Shown here in pieces: positions 47,845-57,813 of a stretch of 64,000 bases of DNA (positions are counted from its first letter, which is position 1; the number at the start of each line of letters is the position of its first letter). Both the position numbers and the translations under genes were made by a program. Below the pieces are notes generated by a model. The model saw only the letters and a list, made by a program, of their open reading frames with translations. It made no database searches and was not told the DNA's origin. The DNA is from Bacilli bacterium (GTDB lineage: Bacteria; Bacillota_I; Bacilli_A; RFN20; CAG-826), in assembly GCA_023268805.1 (NCBI GenBank), contig JALRKT010000001.1, forward strand, positions 20,561-84,560, written 5' to 3'.

Positions 47845-49467
47845 TTACATACTTTCTAATGCGGTAATACCACATAAACGGAGTGCGTTTGCCAAGACCA
47901 CTTGACTCGCTTTCACAAGCGCCAATCGCGATTGTGAGAGTTCTTTTTGATCTCGGTCAATAACCCGCCTATTAGTATAGAAACTATGCGTATAACTTGC
48001 AAGGAGTTGAATATAATTCGTGATCTTGGAAGGTTCTTTTTCGTTGGCCGCATCTAGAACAACTTGAGGGAAAGAAGCAAGATGTTTTAATAGATCAACT
48101 TCTTCGGGTTCTTCGAGGCGCGGTGCTTTTTCATCCATGCCAATATCCGCCCCGTTTTTTAATAAAGTACTTAAGCGAGCATGGGCATATTGGGCATAGT
48201 AAAGTGGATTGACGTTGCTCATTGTTTTTGCGAGATCTAAATCAAATTCCATGGGTTGATGATATGAACGCGCCAAAATAAAATAACGCGCAGCATCTTT
48301 ACCCACTTCCTCGACTAAATCTTTAAACGTAATGCCTTTACCTGTCCGCTTACTCATCTTCACTTCTTGACCTTGTTGGACGAGCGTCACCAGTTGCATG
48401 ACGACAACGTCTAACACATCCTCCCCGTAACCAAGCATCATAAGGGCTGCTTTCATCCGGGAAATATATCCGTGATGATCGGGACCAAGAACATCAATAA
48501 GTTGGGCTGATCCTCGCTTCAATTTATCTTCATGATAGGCAATATCCGGTAAAAAATACGTCATTTGACCATCGGATTTAATCAACACACGATCTTTATC
48601 ATCGCCTCGGGCCGTTGTTTTTAAATAGGTGGCGCCTTGATCTTCATACACAAACGCTTGCAAGCGTTTTAAAACGTCTTCAATCATCGATGTGGCCCGT
48701 AGTTCTTTTTCGGAACGATACACATCAAAGACAACCCCTAAGGAGGCTAAGTCCTCACGAATACGGGTTAATTCTTTCTCCATGGCATACTGTTTAAAAA
48801 AGGCTTCATCATAGTGATTTTCATATTGCATACCCACGGTATCCACAAGTTCTTGCGCAATGGCAATGATGTCTGGTCCGTAGTAACCATCCTCGGGTAA
48901 CGTCATGGCATGCCCTAAATGTTCCATGTAGCGGCAGTATAGTGATCGACCTAAATTTTGAATTTGGGTCCCAGCATCATTTATATAAAATTCTTTGGTC
49001 ACGGTATAACCGACATGTTTTAATAGCGTCGCTATCGCATCGCCTAATGCCGCACCACGAGCATGGGCGACATGCATCGGACCGGTAGGATTGGCAGAAA
49101 CAAATTCAATATTTATGGTTTTGCCTTCGCCGATAGTCGATTTCCCATAATCTTTACCTGATGAGAAAATTGTAGAAATAAGCGAAGATAATTCTGCTTT
49201 TTTAATCGTAAAGTTTAAAAATCCAGGCCCTGCGACATCAATTTTTTCAACGACATCCAAAACCAAATTGGATTGAATATATGCCGCAAGTTCATTCGGT
49301 TTTTTACCAAGTTGTTTCGCGTAACGTAAACACACATTGCTGGCATAATCACCAAACTTTCGGTCTTTGGTCGTTTCAATGACAATATCGTTTTCTTGTA
49401 ACGTTACATTAAGTTTTAAAAAAACTTCGATTAACGCTTTTTTTAAGGCAAGAATAATCGGATTCAT
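47845..49467 (-). CDS. argS: Arginine--tRNA ligase
   Basis: GDYASN, EFVSANPTGPMH, KMSKRTG, YAQYAHAR, C-terminal Met. Confidence 0.98.
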   Translation of the reverse strand: MNPIILALKKALIEVFLKLNVTLQENDIVIETTKDRKFGDYASNVCLRYAKQLGKKPNELAAYIQSNLVLDVVEKIDVAGPGFLNFTIKKAELSSLISTIFSSGKDYGKSTIGEGKTINIEFVSANPTGPMHVAHARGAALGDAIATLLKHVGYTVTKEFYINDAGTQIQNLGRSLYCRYMEHLGHAMTLPEDGYYGPDIIAIAQELVDTVGMQYENHYDEAFFKQYAMEKELTRIREDLASLGVVFDVYRSEKELRATSMIEDVLKRLQAFVYEDQGATYLKTTARGDDKDRVLIKSDGQMTYFLPDIAYHEDKLKRGSAQLIDVLGPDHHGYISRMKAALMMLGYGEDVLDVVVMQLVTLVQQGQEVKMSKRTGKGITFKDLVEEVGKDAARYFILARSYHQPMEFDLDLAKTMSNVNPLYYAQYAHARLSTLLKNGADIGMDEKAPRLEEPEEVDLLKHLASFPQVVLDAANEKEPSKITNYIQLLASYTHSFYTNRRVIDRDQKELSQSRLALVKASQVVLANALRLCGITALESM

Positions 49468-50921
49468 AAGGCGTTAATTCTCGCGATCGTCAAGGTCTTT
49501 CCTAAAACAGGAATGAGCGCTGCCATTTCCACTCCGTGAAGTTGCCCTGTTAAGGCGAGACGAATGGGCATAAACAAGGGTTTTCCTTTGATTCCCGTCG
49601 TAGTTTGAACAGCTTTAAACAACGCTTTGACCGATTCCGGTGTGAGTGTTTCTAAGCGCGATAGCTCCTCTAAAAAAGCCTCAACAGCCCGAGGCGTTTC
49701 TGGTAAGGCAAGAATCGCTTTTGCTTCCTCATCCCAATCTCGAGATGGCGCTAAAATGGGTTTCATCAAGTCGATGACATTTTCACCAAACGTAATTTGT
49801 TCTTGGAAAAGTCGGGCAACCGCAAGCACTTGATCGTGTGATAGGTCAGTCGGTGCGATGGCTAAGGCTTTTTGAACAAACGGTTCAATGAAGGAAACAT
49901 AGGTATGTTCAGGTAATGCTTTGATGTATTGATGGTTTAACCAATTCAGTTTTTGAACATCAAAAAAGGAGGGTGATTTTGAGAGTCGTTGAGGATCAAA
50001 CGCAGCAATGGCTTCTTCTTTGGTAAACATTTCTTGGGTCCCTTCTGGAGCCCAACCGAGTAATAAAATAAAATTAAAAATTGCTTCAGGTAAATACCCT
50101 AATTGACGGTATTGCGACATGAATTGGACAATGGAAAGATCGCGTTTGGATAACTTTTTCCCTTGTTCATTCACGATCAGTGTCATATGCCCAAATTGAG
50201 GTGGTGTCCATCCTAGATAATCGTAAATTTGTAATTGTTTTGGGGTATTGGATAAATGTTCTTCACCGCGAAAAACATGGGAGATATCCATCAGATGATC
50301 ATCAATGACGACTGCATAATTATAGGTGGGGATGCCGTTTGATTTGATGAGCACCCAATCCCCAATATCGTCGTTATTAAACGAAACGTCGCCACGAACG
50401 AGATCATGAAATGTAAACGTTTTGTGATCTTCTAATTTCAGGCGAATGACTGGTTTACGGCCTTCTTCTTCAAAGGCGCGGCGTTGGGCATCGGTTAAAT
50501 GCAAACAGCGACGGTCATATTGTGGTGCAACGATCCCCCGAGCCATTTGTTCTTCACGGGATTGTTCAAGTTCTGCTTCGCTACAATAGCACCGATACGC
50601 CTTACCTTCTTTGACGAGTTGTTGCGCATACGTTTGATACGTATCGAGGCGTTCCATTTGCCGATACGGGGCGTAGCGTGGATTCGGTTTTAAAGGCGAT
50701 TCATCGGGAACAATACCAAGCCAGGCTAAGTCATGAAGTTGGCTAACTTCCCCGCCTTCAACATTGCGTTCAATATCCGTATCTTCGACACGAATAATAA
50801 AATCGCCCCCTTGTTTTTTTGCAAATAAGTAATTAAAAAGCGCGGTTCGGGCACCTCCAATATGTAAAAAACCTGTTGGAGATGGCGCGTAACGAACACG
50901 AATGCGTTGTGGGTTCATCAT
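49464..50921 (-). CDS. gltX: Glutamate--tRNA ligase
   Basis: RVRYAPSPTG.LHIGG, CYC, KLSKR; start at ATG 50921 (or 50918) right after the ychF stop. Confidence 0.97.
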   Translation of the reverse strand: MMNPQRIRVRYAPSPTGFLHIGGARTALFNYLFAKKQGGDFIIRVEDTDIERNVEGGEVSQLHDLAWLGIVPDESPLKPNPRYAPYRQMERLDTYQTYAQQLVKEGKAYRCYCSEAELEQSREEQMARGIVAPQYDRRCLHLTDAQRRAFEEEGRKPVIRLKLEDHKTFTFHDLVRGDVSFNNDDIGDWVLIKSNGIPTYNYAVVIDDHLMDISHVFRGEEHLSNTPKQLQIYDYLGWTPPQFGHMTLIVNEQGKKLSKRDLSIVQFMSQYRQLGYLPEAIFNFILLLGWAPEGTQEMFTKEEAIAAFDPQRLSKSPSFFDVQKLNWLNHQYIKALPEHTYVSFIEPFVQKALAIAPTDLSHDQVLAVARLFQEQITFGENVIDLMKPILAPSRDWDEEAKAILALPETPRAVEAFLEELSRLETLTPESVKALFKAVQTTTGIKGKPLFMPIRLALTGQLHGVEMAALIPVLGKTLTIARINAL

Positions 50922-50922
50922 A

Positions 50923-52023
50923 TTAAACATTAAAGCGGAAAAAGATGATATCCCCATCTTTAACCACATAATCCTTTCCTTCCATACGGAGTTTTCCAGC
51001 TTCTCTGACAGCCTGTTCACTGCGTAATGTTTTGATATCGTCATAACGATAAATTTCGGCTTTGATAAAACCTTTTTCAAAGTCAGAGTGAATAATACCA
51101 GCGCATTGCGGTGCCGTCATGCCACTGGTAAAGGTCCATGCGCGGCATTCATCTTGTCCCACGGTAAAATAGGTCGAAAGATTTAATAAAGAATACGTGG
51201 CACGAACTAATTTATTGAGTCCCGGTTCACTCACTCCAAGGGAGGTTAAAAATTCTTGTTTTTCTTCCCCGTTAAGTTGTGCGATTTGACTTTCAATTTC
51301 ACAGGATATGGCAATCACACTTGCCTGATCACGTTTGGCCCGTTCCACTACCGTTTGATAATACGCGTTGTCATCGAGTGATGCATATCCATCTTCTTGA
51401 ATGTTCGCGACAAATAAAATTGGCTTCAATGTGAGTAAAGAGGTGGCCGAGAGAAGATTTTTTTCTTCTTGGGTTAATCCCATTTGACGCACCGGTTTTT
51501 CACTCACTAACCAGGCTTTAATTTTCTCAAGCAAGGCAAGTTCTTGAATGGCGACACGATCGCCTCCTTTGGCTTTACTTGATACTTTATCGATACGACG
51601 TTGCACGGTATCGAGGTCGGAAAGAATGAGTTCTAAATCAATAATATTAATATCGCGTAACGGATCGACCGTGTTTTCAACGTGAATAATATCGGGATTA
51701 TCAAAGCAGCGAACGACTTCAACAATCGCATCCGCTTCGCGGATTGCGGCTAAAAATTGATTCCCTAAACCTTCACCTTGACTCGCCCCGCGGACTAATC
51801 CGGCAATGTCAACAAAATCAACGGTCGCAAAAATGGTTTTTTTCGGTTGAAAAAGTGCACTCAAATCAAGAAGACGTTCATCTTCGACTTTGACAACACC
51901 CGTGTTGGGATGAATGGTTGCAAAAGGGTAATTGGCCGCTTCCACTTGCGCATTTGTAATCGCATTAAATAAGGTGGATTTACCCACATTTGGAAGTCCG
52001 ACAATGCCTGCTTTGAGTCCCAT
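50923..52023 (-). CDS. ychF: Redox-regulated ATPase YchF
   Basis: GLPNVGKST, NYPFATI, DIAGLV.GAS.GEGLGN.FL, AGIIHSDFE.GFI.AE. Confidence 0.98.
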   Translation of the reverse strand: MGLKAGIVGLPNVGKSTLFNAITNAQVEAANYPFATIHPNTGVVKVEDERLLDLSALFQPKKTIFATVDFVDIAGLVRGASQGEGLGNQFLAAIREADAIVEVVRCFDNPDIIHVENTVDPLRDINIIDLELILSDLDTVQRRIDKVSSKAKGGDRVAIQELALLEKIKAWLVSEKPVRQMGLTQEEKNLLSATSLLTLKPILFVANIQEDGYASLDDNAYYQTVVERAKRDQASVIAISCEIESQIAQLNGEEKQEFLTSLGVSEPGLNKLVRATYSLLNLSTYFTVGQDECRAWTFTSGMTAPQCAGIIHSDFEKGFIKAEIYRYDDIKTLRSEQAVREAGKLRMEGKDYVVKDGDIIFFRFNV

Positions 52024-52070
52024 GTTTTTTTACCTTTACCATTATAAATGAAAAGCTTGAAATAATGTAG

Positions 52071-52099
52071 AAAAAAAGTCGCCTTTTGAGCGACTTTTT
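52071..52099 (-). terminator. Intrinsic terminator after the cold-shock gene
   Basis: AAAAAGTCGC-7 nt-GCGACTTTTT. Confidence 0.8.
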
Positions 52100-52126
52100 A
52101 TTGAGCTTAAATCGTTAATAAACTAA

Positions 52127-52324
52127 TTAAAGTTTTTTAATGTTCTTCGCACGGGGACCACGATCGGAATCTTCAACTTCAAATTCTACTTCTTCATCTG
52201 CTTCGGCGGTCTTGTAACCATCCATAAGGATTGAAGAGTGGTGGAAGAATACATCTTTACCATCTTCAGCGCGAATGAAGCCATAGCCTTTTTCTTTGTT
52301 GAACATCTTGACTTTGCCTTTCAT
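52127..52324 (-). CDS. Cold-shock protein (CspA family)
   Basis: GKVK.FN..KGYGFI (RNP1), DVFFH (RNP2), GPRA.N. Confidence 0.96.
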   Translation of the reverse strand: MKGKVKMFNKEKGYGFIRAEDGKDVFFHHSSILMDGYKTAEADEEVEFEVEDSDRGPRAKNIKKL

Positions 52325-52421
52325 CGAAACCTAAACCTTTCACCTAAGTATTAGTAATACACACAAAAATGCGGATTACGTAAATGATAATAACACACTT
52401 TTTTTAAAAACATAGGGATAT

Positions 52422-54992
52422 TTACCAAAGTTTTTGGATTTGTGGAGAAACCTCATAAAGCACGAGCTTTCTACCTAAACCAAAAAACCCTACGAATCCA
52501 ATGCCTAAAATCAGAAAGATCATCCAAGGAAATGCGTAGGAATCCCGCATTCCAAGTTGGGATGCCCATAACGATTGAAGCAAACCATCAAGGGGAATAA
52601 AACTAAAACTAACACTAAAAAATAATATGGAACAAAGATGCATTAATTTCACATCCATGAATAAATGAAGGTCATTCTGAGAAAAACCATCATGCGCTAA
52701 CGTCATCAAAGCGTCAATTTCTGCTTCCAGTTGGTGCAAAAATTGTTGTAAAAAAAGGAATAAACTTGGAATGAGAAAGAGTAACGTTAATCCGAATAAC
52801 AGCGCATCAAAGTAGAAACGAAGTTGTTGAATCGAAGCACTTAACTGTTGCAAGGGTTCTGTTAGGATCCAATCTTGAAGGTCAACGGGTTGATCACCAA
52901 AATAGGCATATTTTTGCGGTTGTAAGGAGGACGATCCAATCGGAGTATACAAAAGTAGATAATATTCCCATTGGAGTGGGGAGAGATAAAGCACGAAATT
53001 TTCCTGCTCGATGAGGTAATCAATAGGAATGTTTGTGTGGATACGTAACGTATCTAAAAAGAGTGTCACATGAAGCTCCTTTGAGGGTTGCACATTTAAA
53101 AACGCGGCGAGACTACGTGATATGCCCACCTGATTCCACGCGAGGGTGGCATCATACGTGTTTAACGTGACACTCGCTTGAGCTCCTAAATAAAGATGAC
53201 TTCGCGCCGTTTCAGGAGGTGGTTCTGTTGCCAACCATTCTAGAAGCGTAAAGGATTGGAATGCGTCAAGCCACTCTGCTTCAATTAATGACACCTTCGT
53301 CCAAAATATAGGAATCATAAAACCTTGCATCCATTGTTCAGGAAGGAACTGATAACCCAATCGCGAGTGAACCATCCCCTTTTCTATTAAGCCCTCATGG
53401 GGCGGTTTTTGCAAAGAAATCGGCCGAGAATGTTTCCAAAGTCGATCACTCCAATCATCTTTTTTTTGAAGATCCCAACCATGGTAAAAAGGGTCATGAA
53501 GAAAGGCTTGGATAAAAGAGGAACGATCTTCTTGAAGAATCCGATACGTATAAGGAATATGGGTTTCCATCGGAACAGCATCCATGGGTGATGTCGGAAA
53601 TCGTAACATCGTTTCAAGTAAATGGGTTGGATAATCCAAACGGGAATGAAAAACGGCAAAATGATCATAGGCAAAAATTCCAACAATCTCTAAGGCGAGT
53701 TCATTATCATAATTCCACCGCGGTTGCTGTAATGAAAAATAAACGAGGGGACGATGCGTTTGCACGTAACGATCCACCGTTTCAAACGTGGGAAATAAAC
53801 CCCATTGTGTTGAGAAAAAAGTAAGTAAAACAGGCGGAATACCAAGTAAAATTTCCGTTTCAAGAAGGCTCATTTGTTGATGAGGAAAAGGGGCGGCATA
53901 CCTAGCATAGTTCACCTCCAGTAAAGATGTCATTGAAAAACCAGGAATAAAGGTTTGAAAACCTCCATTTTCTAAAAACCCTATTGTCCGAGGGAAAAAC
54001 GTATCAAAATACGTAGCATCGAAATCTTTTTGAATGGAGGCATGCGGATGATAGGCAGAAAAAATCGCAATCTCTTCTTCCGAGGGTACTGAAGAATGAT
54101 TGTCCAACGCATAAAGCGGTTCTATCCATTGATAATCTCCTCCTATCATGGTTTTAGCCCATGTTTGAACATACGTATGAATATACATCGAGGTACTTCC
54201 AATCAGGACCATAAGTAAAAGAATGAAGATTGGAAGTAATGTAGTAATTCCCTGCTTGTTTCGCCGCCAAACCCGCTGATGATACCGCCATAAAAACGAC
54301 CAAGAAAATGCGTGTTTCAAACTTTTTTCATGCATCATTCGTACTTTCTTACTTGATGAATTATGCTGCGTATTGGGTTTTGGAAAGAGGAGTCTTTCAT
54401 ACACAATGGTTGAAAAATATTCCGCATGATGGGTCGCAACAATCACAAGGTGTTGTAAACTCAATGTCTTGATTAGCTGAGCCAGGCGTTGTTTTTGATC
54501 ATCATCAAGACCATCCAAAGGTTCATCGAGCAAGATAATCTTTGGGTTTCCTAATGTGGCTAATAAAACCGCGAGACGTTGTTGTTGGCCACGCGATAAT
54601 GTCGCGATGGTTTGATGTTTTTTTACATCGGGTATTTCTTGTTGGAACCAAGCATGAGGAAATGTCACCACACGATGTAATCGCATCACTTGTTGAATTA
54701 ATTCTTCCACCGTTGCTGCCTTAAGTAATTTGGGTTGCTGATGAACAGTATGAACGAGGTGTTGGCGTAATGATAATCGCTGCGATAACGATAATTTTTG
54801 GAGCAAAACACCATCCACGCTAATGTTCCCTGTCTGGGGTTTTAACCCTTGAATAAGTCGCAAAAAGGTCGTTTTTCCTGATCCACTTTCCCCTAAGAGC
54901 AAGACAAGCCCTTGGGAAGGCGATGTCCAGGAAAAATGGTTAAGGATTCCACGTTGACCATAACCATGGGTGACTTGATCAAAGACGATCAA
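52422..54992 (-). CDS. ABC ATPase-permease fusion (MacB-like), divergent
   Basis: GESGSGKTT, LSRGQQQR, IILLDEP, VATHH; one TM, a large soluble domain, then about 3 C-terminal TMs; likely TTG start at 54992 after GGAGG. Confidence 0.7.
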   Translation of the reverse strand: MIVFDQVTHGYGQRGILNHFSWTSPSQGLVLLLGESGSGKTTFLRLIQGLKPQTGNISVDGVLLQKLSLSQRLSLRQHLVHTVHQQPKLLKAATVEELIQQVMRLHRVVTFPHAWFQQEIPDVKKHQTIATLSRGQQQRLAVLLATLGNPKIILLDEPLDGLDDDQKQRLAQLIKTLSLQHLVIVATHHAEYFSTIVYERLLFPKPNTQHNSSSKKVRMMHEKSLKHAFSWSFLWRYHQRVWRRNKQGITTLLPIFILLLMVLIGSTSMYIHTYVQTWAKTMIGGDYQWIEPLYALDNHSSVPSEEEIAIFSAYHPHASIQKDFDATYFDTFFPRTIGFLENGGFQTFIPGFSMTSLLEVNYARYAAPFPHQQMSLLETEILLGIPPVLLTFFSTQWGLFPTFETVDRYVQTHRPLVYFSLQQPRWNYDNELALEIVGIFAYDHFAVFHSRLDYPTHLLETMLRFPTSPMDAVPMETHIPYTYRILQEDRSSFIQAFLHDPFYHGWDLQKKDDWSDRLWKHSRPISLQKPPHEGLIEKGMVHSRLGYQFLPEQWMQGFMIPIFWTKVSLIEAEWLDAFQSFTLLEWLATEPPPETARSHLYLGAQASVTLNTYDATLAWNQVGISRSLAAFLNVQPSKELHVTLFLDTLRIHTNIPIDYLIEQENFVLYLSPLQWEYYLLLYTPIGSSSLQPQKYAYFGDQPVDLQDWILTEPLQQLSASIQQLRFYFDALLFGLTLLFLIPSLFLFLQQFLHQLEAEIDALMTLAHDGFSQNDLHLFMDVKLMHLCSILFFSVSFSFIPLDGLLQSLWASQLGMRDSYAFPWMIFLILGIGFVGFFGLGRKLVLYEVSPQIQKLW

Positions 54993-56724
54993 AAATCGAT
55001 GGCCTCCAATACCCATGACTTATGAACCATGAACCGAGAACCATGGCCCCATATAATAGCCAACCTTCAAGCAGCCATAATGGTAAGTTTTCAACAAATA
55101 TGGTTTGAAAGAGAATAAAAAATAACCCCATGGTACTCAAGGATAAACCCCATGTGATCGGATGAAGTTGCCAAATGAAGGATTGAATGATTGACACGGA
55201 AGGAATCCCAAGGGCTCGCCAGTGAAGGATGGGTTTTCGTAATTGGGTGAGTATGCGTTTATGTGTGAAATGCATCCAAGAAAACCACACCATACCAAGC
55301 AAGATTAACAGCACATCGCGCCATAATAAAAGTATTGATTCCATGTCATGTTGTTGGGATAGTTGTTCTAAAAAAGGAACACGAATACGAAGGTGATGGT
55401 CTTTTAAGATGTGATTAAGATGATCAAACGCTGCGTAAGGAACATTGAGGGTTAATGGCCACGGGGCATCAAGGTTATCAATCGTAGAAAGTAACGAACG
55501 TTTGGGCGATAACCATAGGTGATGTTGAATCCACTGATGGAACCATTCATACGGTAAAAAAGCCGTAGGAGATTGCCATGGGGAACGAATCGGATAGACA
55601 TGACGCATGACAATCTCGGTTTGAATTGTCCAAGTGTAAGCAGTTGTATCGTCATACCATGTCACTTCAAACGTCCATAAAAACGGGGATGGGAACGGCG
55701 GTCCATACACATCTGCAATCACATACGATTCGTTGTGACCATGGTGAACCCATGCGATTTGATATTCTGTCTGGTCATTTATTAAACGGGTAGGGAGTAA
55801 ACCTCTAAGGTCATAATGAATAAAATGCGTGGGTTTTCCTAAAAAAAGCGATCGAATCATTTCAAGATTGGGAACACGTGTTTGCACGAGTGTATACGGG
55901 GAATTTTTAAGGGGAACCGTGACAACTTCTTCAATGGAACCCATCCACGTTTGATTTTGAAGTATCGGTATCGTAGCCTGGTGGAGCATCACACCATGTT
56001 GAAAAAGCCAATTACCGATAAAGCCAAGATGAATTATGCTTATTGCCAGCCAATGCCATGCTTTTTTCTTTATTTTGATCGGAGGTGCTTTCACTTTTTT
56101 TACACGTTTAGAAAGAGGATGTCTTTTGGTTTTGGTTGAATGCGATAATGCATGCCATGTCACCATGCCTTCTTCTTGTAACTCAAGATGCATTGATGCA
56201 GCATCGCGCCAAAGTGATAAATGGCTTGCAATTACTATGGGTTTTATCTGACTGACTTCTAAAATCCATGCTTTAACAGCCATTCGAGATGTCTCATCAA
56301 GGCCAGAGCATGGTTCATCGAGTAAATAACCATCCGTCTCTTGTGATAGTAATAACGTCAGAAAAAAACGCGTTTGTTCACCCCCAGATAGATGCATGAC
56401 ATGTTGATGCAACGGGATATGGTTTAAAAATAAACGATTCAAAACCGAGGGAGGTAAATTAAAAAACGCTAAATAATTTCCGATGGTTGCATGAGGTGTC
56501 CAATCGATCGGATGGTGCAAATGTAACCAACGTTTACCCTTAACGACAATGGTTCCATCCTGAGGGAGATAGCGTTGACGAATGAGCGAAAATAATGTCG
56601 ATTTTCCCCGACCAGATGGCCCAGAAACCCAGGTAATGCCTTGTCCGGGTATGATGCCATGAAGATCATGAAAAAGATATCGATGATGCGAAAAATAAAA
56701 TGAGACGTGATGAAAACGAATCAC
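54979..56724 (-). CDS. ABC ATPase-permease fusion (MacB-like), divergent
   Basis: GPSGRGKST, LSGGEQ, YLLDEP, IASH; FtsX-like R..I..WRALG motif and C-terminal TMs. Confidence 0.7.
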   Translation of the reverse strand: MIRFHHVSFYFSHHRYLFHDLHGIIPGQGITWVSGPSGRGKSTLFSLIRQRYLPQDGTIVVKGKRWLHLHHPIDWTPHATIGNYLAFFNLPPSVLNRLFLNHIPLHQHVMHLSGGEQTRFFLTLLLSQETDGYLLDEPCSGLDETSRMAVKAWILEVSQIKPIVIASHLSLWRDAASMHLELQEEGMVTWHALSHSTKTKRHPLSKRVKKVKAPPIKIKKKAWHWLAISIIHLGFIGNWLFQHGVMLHQATIPILQNQTWMGSIEEVVTVPLKNSPYTLVQTRVPNLEMIRSLFLGKPTHFIHYDLRGLLPTRLINDQTEYQIAWVHHGHNESYVIADVYGPPFPSPFLWTFEVTWYDDTTAYTWTIQTEIVMRHVYPIRSPWQSPTAFLPYEWFHQWIQHHLWLSPKRSLLSTIDNLDAPWPLTLNVPYAAFDHLNHILKDHHLRIRVPFLEQLSQQHDMESILLLWRDVLLILLGMVWFSWMHFTHKRILTQLRKPILHWRALGIPSVSIIQSFIWQLHPITWGLSLSTMGLFFILFQTIFVENLPLWLLEGWLLYGAMVLGSWFISHGYWRPSIFDRL

Positions 56725-56751
56725 ATCACGTAGTAGGTCAGGAAAGAAACA

Positions 56752-56946
56752 TTATTTCAATCGTCGTTTAATGAGAGGATGTAAATGATCCCGTGACATC
56801 ATTAAGATGGTTTGACAACCAAGACATTTCAATTTGACATCCGCGCCTAAGCGAACAACTTCAAATAACGATGAACGTGTTAAACACGGATGTGGTTTTT
56901 TTAATTCCAAGGTTTCCCCTAATTCAAATTTGAATCGATCATCCAT
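56752..56946 (-). CDS. DUF951 family protein
   Basis: ELG..LELKKPHPC, R.GADVKLKC.GC; ATG at 56946 after AAGGAGG. Confidence 0.88.
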   Translation of the reverse strand: MDDRFKFELGETLELKKPHPCLTRSSLFEVVRLGADVKLKCLGCQTILMMSRDHLHPLIKRRLK

Positions 56947-57811
56947 GCAAACACGCCTCCTTTGCTTCCGCAATGGTTGAAAACCATGTTACCGGTAATT
57001 GATGATGAAAATACGTCCATTGGCGTTTAGCATAACGCCGGGTGGCTTGTTGAATCTTGGCAATCCATTCTTCTTTTTTAATTACCCCTTGAAGATAGGC
57101 AATCGTTTCTTTATAACCAATCGCATCAAATGCAAATGCGTCGGGTGGTGTGGTTTTTAAAAGCTGAGATACTTCATCCACTAAACCGGCCTCCACCATC
57201 GTTAACACACGCGCATTGATTGCTTTATAAACCGTTTCCCGATTTGGATTTAAACCGATGAATCGTACAGGATAAAGTAACCGTTTTTGTTGGGTGGCAA
57301 TCGTTTCTGATTTGGTCTTTCCTGTTGCTAAATAAATTTCAATGGTTCGAAGCACACGCCGACGATTATGCGGATGAATCGTTTCAGCGGAAACCGCATC
57401 AATCGCTTGAAGTGCCGCATAAAGTTGAGCATCATCCATGGCAAGATATTGGGATAAATCGACTGCTTTTTCATGAGTCTCAAAGGCAAAATCATAAAGA
57501 CTTGCTTTTAAATAAAGTCCGGTCCCGCCGACGACGATCACCGGATTTTTTTCGGGTTGCAACTGTGTCATTAAGGTACGAAATGCCCGCTGATATTGCG
57601 CTACCGTGTAGCCATCTTTTGGTTCCACAAGATCAAATAAATAATGCGGAATGCCCTGAAATAAACTTAGGTCTTTATTCGTTCCAATATTCATACCACG
57701 ATAGACTTGAAACGCATCCGCATTAACGATGGGAGCGTGTAACGCGTTGGCAAGTTCAATAGCCAAACTCGTTTTACCACTTGCGGTAGGACCCACACAT
57801 GCATAAATCAT
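56939..57811 (-). CDS. miaA: tRNA dimethylallyltransferase
   Basis: GPTASGKT, DAFQVYRGMNIGT.K, VGGTGLY, AIGYKE, TRRYAKRQ.T. Confidence 0.97.
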   Translation of the reverse strand: MIYACVGPTASGKTSLAIELANALHAPIVNADAFQVYRGMNIGTNKDLSLFQGIPHYLFDLVEPKDGYTVAQYQRAFRTLMTQLQPEKNPVIVVGGTGLYLKASLYDFAFETHEKAVDLSQYLAMDDAQLYAALQAIDAVSAETIHPHNRRRVLRTIEIYLATGKTKSETIATQQKRLLYPVRFIGLNPNRETVYKAINARVLTMVEAGLVDEVSQLLKTTPPDAFAFDAIGYKETIAYLQGVIKKEEWIAKIQQATRRYAKRQWTYFHHQLPVTWFSTIAEAKEACLHG

Positions 57812-57813
57812 TT

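Noticed and set aside
50922..51080. Apparent N-terminal extension of GltX
   Set aside because: Lies within the ychF coding region; family homology begins at 50921/50918
52325..52400. Possible thermosensor structure in the cold-shock gene leader
   Set aside because: Only a weak GTATT-ACT-AATAC hairpin is visible; not enough to call
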